Shown here piece after piece: positions 10,290 to 20,050 of a DNA stretch of 24,424 nt. Every line of letters begins with the position of its first letter. Within the stretch, counting starts at the first letter, position 1. The translations under genes and the position numbers were made by a program. The DNA comes from an uncultured Nitrososphaerales archaeon (lineage in GTDB: Archaea > Thermoproteota > Nitrososphaeria > Nitrososphaerales > Nitrososphaeraceae): assembly GCA_963709405.1 (NCBI GenBank), contig CAVPXM010000081.1, forward strand, positions 1 to 24,424, read 5' to 3'. The notes beneath the pieces were generated by a model. It did no database searches and had not been told where the DNA came from. It saw only the letters and a program-made list of their open reading frames with translations.

Positions 10290-11699
10290 TTGTACTTGTT
10301 AACCTTAGCGTTACTCGGAATTTTGTCGTGTACACTAGCCTTTTTACTCCTTCTATCAACTCCAAACACCGAGAATTTTCGATGTAACCAATGTGCAGAT
10401 GCAAGAGATATGACTTATCCTGAAGTCGCTCCTAGTTACCTTAGTGGGCCGATACTAAATGACTCTAATCTGACTGTACAAGTAGTATCTAGAGGATTAA
10501 AATATCCGACTAGTATGGCATTTTTAGGCCCTAATGACATTCTGGTTACTGAAAAAAATACCGGTACTGTTAGAAGAATTGTTAATGGAACGTTATTTCC
10601 TCGACCGTTACTTGATGTCAATGTTGCTACGTTTGCCCATAGAGGTTTGCTTGGGATTGCCGTAGTACCTCTTCATTACCGGTCATTACATAATGAGAAT
10701 GCTACTACAGTTGATGGTAATACTACTATGGCTCACGTTTTCCTATATTTTACTCAGGCAGCAACAAGAGATGGTGACGATATAACGGAAGGGAAAAAAC
10801 CCTTAGGTAATCGGTTGTATCGGTATGAACTGGTCAATAATCATCTAATAGAGCCAAAATTGCTCCTGAATTTACCTGCCGGTCCTGGAGCCATTGGCTA
10901 TGGCGGTAAAATCGCGATAGGTCCGGATAACAATTTGTATCTTAGCGTAGGAGACATCGGCATTGATGGACATCTCACGAAAGCACAGAATATCCAGAAT
11001 GGCTCAGACCCAGACGGGACTAGCGGTATTCTAAGGGTCGATGAGGATGGTAAGAAAGTTAACCCAGCGATCTTAGGTAGCAAATATCCCTTGGATTTGT
11101 ATTATTCTTACGGACTTTGGAATAGCTTTGGAATGGATTTCGACCCGGTTTCTGGCAAACTTTGGGACACTGAAAATGGCTTGATCTTCGGCGATGAGAT
11201 AAACCTTGTAGAGCCAGGGTTTAATAGTGGATACGGCAAAATTGATGGCGTTTGGCTGCGCGGATATAGTCTCGATGAAACCGAGAGACATCCTGCGTCT
11301 TCCCATCCTGGAAATTTAGTCAGCTTCGAAGGGAGAGGAAAATATCACCCACCAAATTTTACGTGGTTTCGAAGTGTTGCTCCCACTGCAATCAAATTTC
11401 TTTCATCTGAAAGTTTGGGCAAGCAATATCAAAATGATATGTTTGTAGGTGACATCATAAATGGATATCTTTATCATCTCAAACTGAACCCGCAGAGGAC
11501 CGATCTAGTGTTGCCAGCTGGACCTCTCTCTGATAAGGTGGCAAATAGCACAGATGTGGTTCAGTCGATTGTATTTGGAAAGGGCTTTGGCGGGATTACT
11601 GACATTAAAGTAGGTCCTGGATGTAATGATGGTTATCTATATGTACTCACATTTAGTAAAGCAGAAGGAACCATTTTCAGAATCATTCCTAAAGACTAG
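10290..11699 (+). CDS. Secreted/membrane-anchored PQQ-dependent sugar dehydrogenase-fold (GSDH) protein
   Basis: Hydrophobic N-terminus; GLKYPTSMAFLGPNDILVTEK, RGLLGIAV, GPDNNLYLSVGD, FGMDFDP..GKLWDTENG...DEINLVEPGFNSG, GFGGITDIKVGP. The true start may be the ATG at 10244 with a 1-nt indel. Confidence 0.9.
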   Translation: MYLLTLALLGILSCTLAFLLLLSTPNTENFRCNQCADARDMTYPEVAPSYLSGPILNDSNLTVQVVSRGLKYPTSMAFLGPNDILVTEKNTGTVRRIVNGTLFPRPLLDVNVATFAHRGLLGIAVVPLHYRSLHNENATTVDGNTTMAHVFLYFTQAATRDGDDITEGKKPLGNRLYRYELVNNHLIEPKLLLNLPAGPGAIGYGGKIAIGPDNNLYLSVGDIGIDGHLTKAQNIQNGSDPDGTSGILRVDEDGKKVNPAILGSKYPLDLYYSYGLWNSFGMDFDPVSGKLWDTENGLIFGDEINLVEPGFNSGYGKIDGVWLRGYSLDETERHPASSHPGNLVSFEGRGKYHPPNFTWFRSVAPTAIKFLSSESLGKQYQNDMFVGDIINGYLYHLKLNPQRTDLVLPAGPLSDKVANSTDVVQSIVFGKGFGGITDIKVGPGCNDGYLYVLTFSKAEGTIFRIIPKD

Positions 11700-12309
11700 A
11701 GCCGGTTAAAATTAACACAATTAAAATATGCCCAATGGATTCAATAAAACTCGGTGCTATGTTGAGGCAGGTTAATAATTAACATTATTATCGTCTAGTT
11801 TTTGTTTGCACATACAAAATTGTATATGCTATCCTCACCGGGTGACACCTTATCCTGGTCGCTCCTATTAGTTCTTGGCTTTAACGGTTAATTGACTTGA
11901 TTCCTAGCAAACTCTAGTACTAATCTCTGTATAACTTAGTCATTAAAGAGGGATTTAATAAACGATATTAATGATAGTAACGCAACAAATTCTTGATTGT
12001 AGCAATAATATGTTACACATTCTATATTTCTATTCTTCGATTTAATGAAAAATGATAATCAGAAGCCACCCTTGAAATAAATATTTGGCATGTAAATGCA
12101 TTCTTCATACACCGAAATTTGTATCCAATTGTTTTCATTGAGAATGATTATATGCCTGTTGCCAGGGCTTAGATCTTGTATGATGTAACGAATAAGAGAA
12201 TTACATAGTTTTTTGAAGTAAAAATGTTATAGCTAATAGAAATAGGAAAAAAATACGTTATCCAGTTAACGAAAGTCCAAATAATAGAATAGTCACTAAC
12301 AGTAATACG

Positions 12310-12624
12310 ATGAATAAAACAATTGGTTTGATAGCTGTTACAGCTGTAGCAATGCTCTTGATTACAACTACCGCAATGGCTCAGGGGGTATTTGCTCATA
12401 GCAGCCATCATCACCATGGTCATGGTCATGGTCATGGTCATGGTCATGGTCATGGTCATGGTCATGGTCATGGTCATGGTCACGGAAGTAGCAACAATTC
12501 ACAATCACTGGCACAGGCAAATTCTTGCGGAAATGGAAGTTTCTCTTCAAACGTTAAATGCCAGAATCTAGGATCTCAGGTACAAGGAAACGGTAACGCA
12601 GTTAACGTGATTGGTACTCAATAG
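12310..12624 (+). CDS. Small secreted His/Gly-repeat protein with an Asn/Gln-rich two-Cys C-terminal domain
   Basis: Signal peptide MNKTIGLIAVTAVAMLLITTTAMAQGVFA, then HSSHHH(HG)12, then SSNNSQSLAQANSCGNGSFSSNVKCQNLGSQVQGNGNAVNVIGTQ. Confidence 0.85.
   Translation: MNKTIGLIAVTAVAMLLITTTAMAQGVFAHSSHHHHGHGHGHGHGHGHGHGHGHGHGHGSSNNSQSLAQANSCGNGSFSSNVKCQNLGSQVQGNGNAVNVIGTQ
12415..12486 (+). repeat. Hexanucleotide tandem repeat (CATGGT)x11 + CACGGA
   Basis: Read directly: 11 perfect copies at 12415-12480 plus one variant copy. Confidence 0.98.
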
Positions 12625-12666
12625 GACTCAATCCAAAGCCGGAATCAGCGACCGTCACCTATTTAA

Positions 12667-12673
12667 TTTTTTT
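12667..12673 (+). terminator. Oligo-T archaeal-type terminator after the His-Gly gene
   Basis: Run of 7 T about 43 nt after the stop codon. Confidence 0.4.
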
Positions 12674-12803
12674 AAGATATTATTATGAAATTCTTATGTC
12701 CCTCCAGTCATTGCAAATAATGACGAACTACGTGTTCTAATGCTACTTCTAACCTCAGAGTAAGGTTGATTTGTGTGTGTTTATCAGAATATTACTACGA
12801 GAG

Positions 12804-13865
12804 ATGGCTATTAATAAAGTCATGAGCAGTTATATAAAAAATCTGGAATCACTTGGAGAGCAAAATAAAATCATGCCCCATCAACTGAAACACTTTTTAA
12901 ATAGAGGACTAGAAGTCATCTCTCCAGCTGATAATTTCGGCTTAGATTATTTGGGACAAATTTTGCCTGAGATTGTAATAGGTGCAAGCAAAGAGTACAT
13001 AAATAAAATGAAGGTCCCTTATCAAGCTACTAGCTACCTTGCAGCCAACGCAGTAGATAATGACAATACCGGGCCGTTCATTTACAAACTTAACGGACAG
13101 AAAGCAGGAGGTGTACCTTTGTTGTCCGGCGGGATGAGAAAAAAAACTGATAACGCCTTTGCCTCTACACACAGGATACTGATAGGCCATGAGGCCATAA
13201 TGGTAAGCGCGGTTAACCTCATTTTGAACAAAGATCAGATATGGAATTGGCATTTTTTTGGTGATTTATTTAAAGATAACGATCCAGATGTTTACGAGGA
13301 TCTATGTAAGCTGGAACGAATAATTGGATATTCAAGACATCTTACTTATATTGTTGTTGCGAGATCCGACAAGACCTTCAAAAGGTTAAACATTATTGAA
13401 GAGTACGAGAGGAATCGTATTGCAGTTCTGAAAAAGGAAAACAATACCCACGTAATATTTCTAACTAATGAAAATGGATATAATTTTGCCCATAATAAAC
13501 TGCCAGAATATGAGCTACTGAGTTATATAGTGACAGGTGAAGAATTTGACTTTCATAAGGCTATGCTGATTCTCAGAGAGAGATATCATATCCAAAAGTT
13601 ATTGAACGATGGTGGGAGACAAATGTCAAATGGCGTACGTGATTCCGGTCTCCTAGCAGAAGAGAGAATTACGCTCGAGCCATATCCTGGTGATGACATA
13701 ATGATACCTACTGAAGAGATCGATCCTACGTCAGTTCTTGGAAAAACTGGATTAGGCATAGATGGGAGTGAATTGGAAGGCGCTATTCTTCTACATTCAA
13801 TTGCAATTGGAAAAGAAAGGGCAAACGTCTATACGTACCCTCTAAATGATGAAATAGTGTTATAG
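12804..13865 (+). CDS. Divergent RibD C-terminal/DHFR-fold reductase-like protein
   Basis: HRILIGHEAIMVSA (cf. H.LR...DAILVG) and DFHKAMLILRERYHIQKLLNDGGRQMSNGVRDSGLLAEERITLEP (cf. I..LLVEGG..L...L...GLVDEL.L.I.P). I prefer ATG 12804 over TTG 12771. Confidence 0.6.
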   Translation: MAINKVMSSYIKNLESLGEQNKIMPHQLKHFLNRGLEVISPADNFGLDYLGQILPEIVIGASKEYINKMKVPYQATSYLAANAVDNDNTGPFIYKLNGQKAGGVPLLSGGMRKKTDNAFASTHRILIGHEAIMVSAVNLILNKDQIWNWHFFGDLFKDNDPDVYEDLCKLERIIGYSRHLTYIVVARSDKTFKRLNIIEEYERNRIAVLKKENNTHVIFLTNENGYNFAHNKLPEYELLSYIVTGEEFDFHKAMLILRERYHIQKLLNDGGRQMSNGVRDSGLLAEERITLEPYPGDDIMIPTEEIDPTSVLGKTGLGIDGSELEGAILLHSIAIGKERANVYTYPLNDEIVL

Positions 13866-14500
13866 CCCTTTTATCATTTTTATTCTTTAAATTTAATAGA
13901 AATATGGAAATAGCCACGCGCCTCAGATATTTAAAAAGATGTGCTCTTATTCTATAATATCCCGCGATCTCTATTTTCAGTTTTTAATATACATGACACG
14001 TATGAACCCGAATTGAACTACTCTTACAGCACTATTAGTTTGATTGCATGTTGATTATTATCAAATTTAGTCTGCGAGTCATAATTCACTAATAAGAACC
14101 TACAGGCTGGATGCGACATTATTTCTATTTACTACTGAGAAACTATTCTCTTGTACTAAGAACCTAACGGCTAGCTAGGTAATTTGATTTTATCCTTTCA
14201 GATCGGAAGACATTTTACAAAATGGATAATTATGTATATACTTTTATACAAGCCCCTCGACCAGAATTGAATTCGTAATCTCGTCTCTATAAGCAGGACA
14301 TAATTTCATATATTTGCCGGTCGGACTGTAATTCAATAGTTCGGAACTTCAAATTTTATTTCGTTTACCTAAATTCTGTGTCCTGATATGTTTATTTGTG
14401 TCGACTAGCTATCTAAACGGCTAGGTCTGCGAGTATAAATTCGACTCGTAACAATTACAGATTCCCTAGACACAAGAAATATAATGCAGCAGATAATTTT

Positions 14501-15384
14501 TTACCCAGATGATCTCCTACAAGCTGTTTTTAATGTTCTAGTGTAGTTATGAATATCCTTCAGGAGGTCTTTGTTGTTTGACGAGTTGGCTATCTTTTTG
14601 ATTATTGCACTTGCTACAATAACAGCATCGGCACCTCCACTAGACATTAACTTGACATGCGCAGGTTTACTTATTCCAAATCCTACACCCACTGGAACCT
14701 TTGAACCAGTGATTTTTTTCACTCTTTTAAGGGCGTCAATCGAGTAGTTCTCAAATGATATCCGTGCACCGGTGATCCCAAATACCGAAACTAGGTAGAG
14801 AAACCCAGAGCTTATATCGCTTATTTGTCTTACTCGCGCTTCTGGTGTGTTCGGAGAAACTAGAAACACTGTCGATAGACCAAGGTTGGACGCACTCTTG
14901 CAGTATAACTCTGATTCCTCTATCGGCATGTCTGGTAAAATAAAGCCGTCTATTCCAGCGACTTTGGCTTTTCTCATGAATTTGTGAATTCCCATTCTGA
15001 TAACTATATTGCTGTATGTCATGGCAACCAACGGAAGATCAGAATAGTCCCTTCGAATGAGCCTAGCTAGGTCTAGGGCACTTTCAACTGTGAATCCCCC
15101 TTCGTAGTTACAAGATTCGATGCCTCCTGAATGGTGGGTCCGTCAGCAATTGGATCTGAAAATGGGATGCCTATTTCGATGATATCTGCCCCACCTCTCA
15201 CCAATGCCTTAACTATTCTACTACACATTGCTAGATTCGGGTATCCTGCGAGGACGTAACAAATGAGTGCACATTCATTTTTATCTCTTAATTGCTCAAA
15301 CTTTCTTGAAAGTCTACTATACAACTTTGATATATCCGTTGCCACTAATATTTGCCCTAAATTTTTACGTTTTGATAATGACAA
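14501..15384 (-). CDS. trpA: Tryptophan synthase alpha subunit, frameshifted at ~15090-15110
   Basis: ALICYVLAGYP, GADIIEIGIPFSDPIADGPTIQEAS (N-half); LPLVAMTYSN, GIDGFILPDMP, LVSPNT, FLYLVSVFGITGAR, VGVGFGIS, GADAVIVASA (C-half). Confidence 0.95.
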
Positions 15385-15890
15385 AAAAGTGGTTTCGTTG
15401 TTTAATTGGCGTTATATTTCTCTTTAGAAATACTATCTTTTCTACTCAATATCTGAAATTTTCATTATTATCTTGACATCTTTTTAACCACAATTATTTC
15501 CGCCTATATCCAACCAATTTATAATCTAGAACTCAGTCTTGTCGGGCTATGAATCAAGCATCTGGTTTATCGGTCTACAAACCTAGGAACTATTGGTTCA
15601 AAGGAACAAGTGCAGCGCGGAAATCCAATATGAGTAGAATTTTTAGATATTGGTAGGGTAACGATGACGTAATAGCATCTATGCTAAGTGGAATCTCTTC
15701 TTCAGTGATTTAAGGCACCAGTGGTAGACTAAAATGAAGTACTTGGACAACAATTCAAATAATATGAGCCAGAAACTTATGCAAATCATATAGTGATGCC
15801 AGTGGATGGATGTACTGATGATGCAAGGTTTATTGGAAGCAAAAGTTCTGTAATCTAGATTCCTACATAGGCTTCGTGATAAAATAACGT

Positions 15891-16637
15891 TTATCTTATT
15901 GGTATACCTTTAATCAACATACTGTACTTGTGTAACAATTTTCTATGAGCCTGAAATTCTGGATCTATCATCTTAACAATCTCCCAGAACTTGTTAGAGT
16001 GGTTCAGCTGTATTAAATGTGCTAGCTCGTGGATAATGACATAATCTATTATTTCGATGGGCAGCGCAGCCAAGAGCAAATTAAAGTTTAGAGTCCTTTT
16101 TTGAGAACAGCTCGCCCATCTTGAGCGATGGTTCTTTATAAGAACCTTATTATATCTTGGTATAATCGGGTTCATTCGAGTGATAGATTCAAGACGCTCA
16201 GAGACAATTCTATGAGTTTCTTGACTGTACCATTGCCTAACATTATCCTTATAGTGCCGCATATCAGTGACATGAAAGGTTATTTTGCATAGATTATTTG
16301 AAATTGTCATCGATGATCTTGTGTCTTTAATTATTTGAAAAAAGTATCTCTTCCCCAAAAATGAAATGGTATTAGATTGATGTTGCTCTTCCCCACACTC
16401 ATTTCGTATTCTATCATAGTATAATGACGCTTTCAGTATCCATTGCTTTTTGCTTTCCAGAAACCTGATCACATGACTGATTTCGCAGTTAATTATTGGA
16501 GCTACCAAATAAATACCCGAAACATTTGCTTTCAACCACAATCGCTTTGCTATTTTGCTTTTCTTGATCTCTATGTTTAGGACTCTGCCATCTGGTAGAT
16601 TGACAGGCAAAAACGACACGGGCACTAGTGTATGCAA
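15891..16637 (-). CDS. YgjP/DUF45-like M48-type metal-dependent hydrolase
   Basis: RWASCS...LNFN..L..LP..IIDYVIIHELAHL...NHS..FW motif (HExxH). Confidence 0.9.
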   Translation of the reverse strand: MHTLVPVSFLPVNLPDGRVLNIEIKKSKIAKRLWLKANVSGIYLVAPIINCEISHVIRFLESKKQWILKASLYYDRIRNECGEEQHQSNTISFLGKRYFFQIIKDTRSSMTISNNLCKITFHVTDMRHYKDNVRQWYSQETHRIVSERLESITRMNPIIPRYNKVLIKNHRSRWASCSQKRTLNFNLLLAALPIEIIDYVIIHELAHLIQLNHSNKFWEIVKMIDPEFQAHRKLLHKYSMLIKGIPIR

Positions 16638-16719
16638 TACTACTTAAAAGTCATTTACTTGACTATTCGATTAACTCTGCTAATTATCGATAATCCAATT
16701 CCATTCCCGCAAGGTCAGC

Positions 16720-17035
16720 AAAGGATCGATATTAGGCTTGATGGCTCCACCTTTTATTCGTGTACGGCCATCTCCCTTTACAATAAAATCTTCCTTGCTT
16801 CTGCATTAATGACGTAACAAATAATGAATAATATAAACACTGGATCGAAGCTTAGTATCGAAGTGACTTTATTGCAATGAGCTGAGTTAGACTCCATTAG
16901 GCAAGGCTGAATAAACCAGTTCCTCAATCTGACAAACACCAATGGGAACCTCATCGGTGGTAAATCTGGGATAATGGATAGAGAGATACGGCTCCTACAG
17001 CTAATTTCCATGATCATAACCAATATGTTATTCAT
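16720..17035 (-). pseudogene. Possible decayed universal stress protein (UspA)
   Basis: MNNILV start and, after a frameshift, DFIVKGDGRTRIK (cf. DLIVIGSRGRT). The middle is poorly conserved. Confidence 0.22.
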
Positions 17036-18172
17036 TGTTTATTCAGACAATTTAGTCCTCTTATAAAGATCCTTTTTGTACCAATTTAGTAAGAACAAGG
17101 AACAATGATGGCTGATTGTATAGTAATCAATGCCTGTAATAGCAAAACTTCAACCTGACGTGTATGGATCAAATACAGATCCTGCAGGTTAAATTTTAGA
17201 TTTGTTGCTAGTTTCTTGCCTAGAAATACTTAAAATATGCAATACTATATAGACGGCTAAATGGTTACGTTGTTGTAGATGGATCACGAGTCTGATTCTT
17301 TTCTAAAGTGTTTAAAGTGTCAACATCACAAGGTTGATCATAACAGAAATACAAGTAGGGATAAAACGAAGTGTATGATTGGCGCATGTGAATGTCGGAA
17401 ATTTATTGCAGATAGGAAATACTATAGAGCAAGTAAAAAGTAGGTTCAGTCATGATTTTTATATTTCTGATCTCGTCAGCTCATTGTGTATTTTTAGTGG
17501 TAGAATTTATACAACCTGCCCAAGCGAGCCTTACAGTACTCATTACACATCTGAGCCAATTTTTGCTCGTATGCAGCTCTATCTATCAAATAGAGGAGCC
17601 TAATATTAAAGTTTAATTGTTGCTATTATGAGTATGTGTAGACATGTGCGAGTTTTACATGGGCCGTTTTTGCGATTATTGTCATTGATGTTTGTCTGAC
17701 CTATCTACAGACTCAGTTATTTCTTGCGTGGCATGGTTACCAATATTTATTTTATAATGCTTTTGATTTTTAAGTTTCGAGTTCAGTTTATCCATGCTTA
17801 TTGTCTCAATTCCTACTGACTGCAACTATAGTATTTCATGCCTATAATCCAATCGAGGATAATTACATATTTATCAAAACCCTACTTTTCCATATTAGGT
17901 GTGGACATCGCAAGAAATGGAAGTATTCATTGAATGCCAATTGTATGTTAATTATTGAATCATTTATTGCAATATGAGCCAAGTTAAGCAGCGTATGAAC
18001 CGCTTTGATTCAATATTGGGCATGTACAATGTCCTCAATTTAGATCAGTCCTACCGTCATCACGTTTGCATGTATCTATACTTCCCAATTACAGGTATAC
18101 GCAAATATGTTCATATATGCCGACATGAGTGCCTATTTAGACATGATGATTTAAAGCAATAATGAATATTTT

Positions 18173-18475
18173 TCATAATTGAACCATTCGTTCGTGGCGA
18201 ATATCTTTTTGCGCTGATAATCTGCGTATGATCTCCTTGGCGATCTCTTCCTGTTTTATGCTCTCTCCTCTTCGACCAGGAGTCTTCATTTGTTGCTGGT
18301 TCACTTTGACTTTCTCTTCTAACAATTCATCGGGTCCATAATAGTTATTTATCCCTGGCATTCTCTTCTTTTCGAGTTCTTTTGCATATCTCTCTCTAAA
18401 CGAACATTCCACGGCATCTTCCGTAGAACTTTCTGATGCCGCAATTATAATAACTGGTTCAGCTCGCTCACTCAT
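18173..18475 (-). CDS. Hypothetical protein
   Basis: 100-aa charged ORF with an ATG start and a TATA-like TTATATG ~20-27 nt upstream (leaderless arrangement). Confidence 0.7.
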   Translation of the reverse strand: MSERAEPVIIIAASESSTEDAVECSFRERYAKELEKKRMPGINNYYGPDELLEEKVKVNQQQMKTPGRRGESIKQEEIAKEIIRRLSAQKDIRHERMVQL

Positions 18476-19312
18476 AACTCAGTTCAGTGCGAAGCATATA
18501 AGAACGTAAGGACTCTGGTTCCTATAATTCCAAGGAATGAAATATTATGTTTAGCAAAAAACTGACTGAAACGCATCAGATAGTCCCATATTAATTATGC
18601 GTCGCTAGGAGTCAAGGCGAGTAAAAACGACTTCCATTGGTGTAGGACCAAAATATTTCACCTAATCCTACCTTCCAAGCCAAACCCATCCAGTCAAACT
18701 ATACCAGAAAATAAAATCTAAAAACGAAAATATTACAGGCTTGAAAAATGCCTTATTTTCTACGATGCCTCGATTGTATTAAATAAATCTTCATTAATCA
18801 GACAAGCTAACGTACATAATCTTTTATAGTAAACTCAATTCTATAGTTCTGGGCCCAAATAAATACACGAGAGTGAAGCGGGCCCAGAGGTATGAGCATT
18901 GTTTACAATATGAATCTGGCCATAACCGGGCTATAGAACATCGGAGTTCAACGCTAGACTAGCACTATTTAATAAATCATAACAAGTTGGTCCGGGTCCG
19001 GTGGAATGTGCACCAAATTTGGCTCAATTTTGCCACTCGGCTCTCGTCGAAACGAAAAGCACGGGATTTATGGTATTATATATTTATCCGATACACGCAG
19101 AATTATCATCCATATGCTATTTCTATCGTGAAGTCAATCGTGACTATCATTCCTATCATTCAACTAAGGGCATTAGACCCAGTTATCAAGTGTGGACTAG
19201 CAGCATTTGACGCCCTGAGGCAGACGATTTCTATGACTGCACCTACACGCGGTGGTGATGACATTGATAGCGTAGCCTTTCTATCATGAGGCGTGTGCCA
19301 AATAATATTTTC

Positions 19313-19526
19313 TATAAAGAAGAATTATTTATGTACAAAGGTTGATACTATAGACAATTAGTCTCCATGATCCCATTTGCAGGAACACGACCATCAATTC
19401 CTGAATATCCTCAAATTGCTGATAATATCCGACAGGCGATCTACGAAATTCAATTCGAAAATAAGGCTCCTAATCAAGCGTTACAGGAGGCAGACTGCGA
19501 AGTCTGCGAAGGTGTTAGGATGGTAG
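19313..19526 (+). pseudogene. C-terminal fragment of a sugar-type ABC substrate-binding protein
   Basis: YKG*YYRQLVSMIPFAGTRPSIPEYPQIADNIRQAIYEIQFENKAPNQALQEA-(frameshift)-AKSAKVLGW*. RP..PEYPQI...P.QAL..AA is a typical SBP C-terminus. Confidence 0.7.
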
Positions 19527-19913
19527 CGAGCAGATAACCCAAAATCAAAAAACAGAATTCTAGTGGTAGATGATGAATCTGACATTACACTTACTTTCGA
19601 ATGGATTTTGAGAGGAGAGGGATTCGAAGTTGACTCATTTAATGATCCTCAAACAGCCTTATCTAATTTCAGCCCTGGTATTTATGATATCGCGCTTATT
19701 GATGTTAAGATGCCGAAGATTGATGGAATTGATTTGTATAGAAAACTAAAAAATATAGATGATAACGTCAAATACTGCTTTATAACCGCATACGGAGGAC
19801 ATTACGATACTCTAAAGAGGGACTATCCTGGTTTATATGTTGATTGGTTTATCAGGAATCCAATAAATACTGAACAACTCGTAAACGAGATCAAATCAAA
19901 GCTTCATCCATGA
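19520..19913 (+). CDS. Stand-alone response regulator receiver domain
   Basis: RILVVDDE, DIALIDVKMPKIDGIDL, FITA. The frame is open upstream of 19563 (ADNPKSKNRILV), so the ATG at 19520 with a 1-nt indel is the likely start. The conserved Lys is Asn (FIRNP). Confidence 0.9.
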
Positions 19914-20050
19914 ATTTGTATATAAAAATTATTATTATTCAATCCATTTTTATTGTATTTTATGTATTTCTGTTCCCTGCTTATATTGCATCCTGATGAA
20001 ACATTAATGAATTTAACATACCTCCTGGAAATTCTAATGGCTATGAAATA

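Noticed and set aside
12169-12550. Minus-strand ORFs with (MT)n and (DH)n repeats
   Set aside because: Shadows of the CATGGT repeat; the plus-strand ORF has a signal peptide and a coherent tail.
15715-15858. YANHIVMPVDGCTDD resembling a GT2 DDGSTD motif
   Set aside because: Too short and degenerate to support without a search.
17152-17190. Hairpin AACCTG...GGATC-N7-GATCC..CAGGTT
   Set aside because: Modest imperfect stem with no gene context or RNA family match.
17379-18162. Short ORFs 17379..17603 and 17974..18162
   Set aside because: No motifs or convincing composition; likely chance ORFs in AT-rich intergenic DNA.
18987-19289. ORF with GGDDIDSVA, faintly like ADP-ribosylglycohydrolase
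   Set aside because: TTG start, atypical composition, and only one weak motif.
1999-19526. In-frame TAG codons (1999, 2041, 19524) as amber read-through or pyrrolysine
   Set aside because: TAG terminates many normal genes here, no pyl genes are present, and the cases are explained by decay or an indel.
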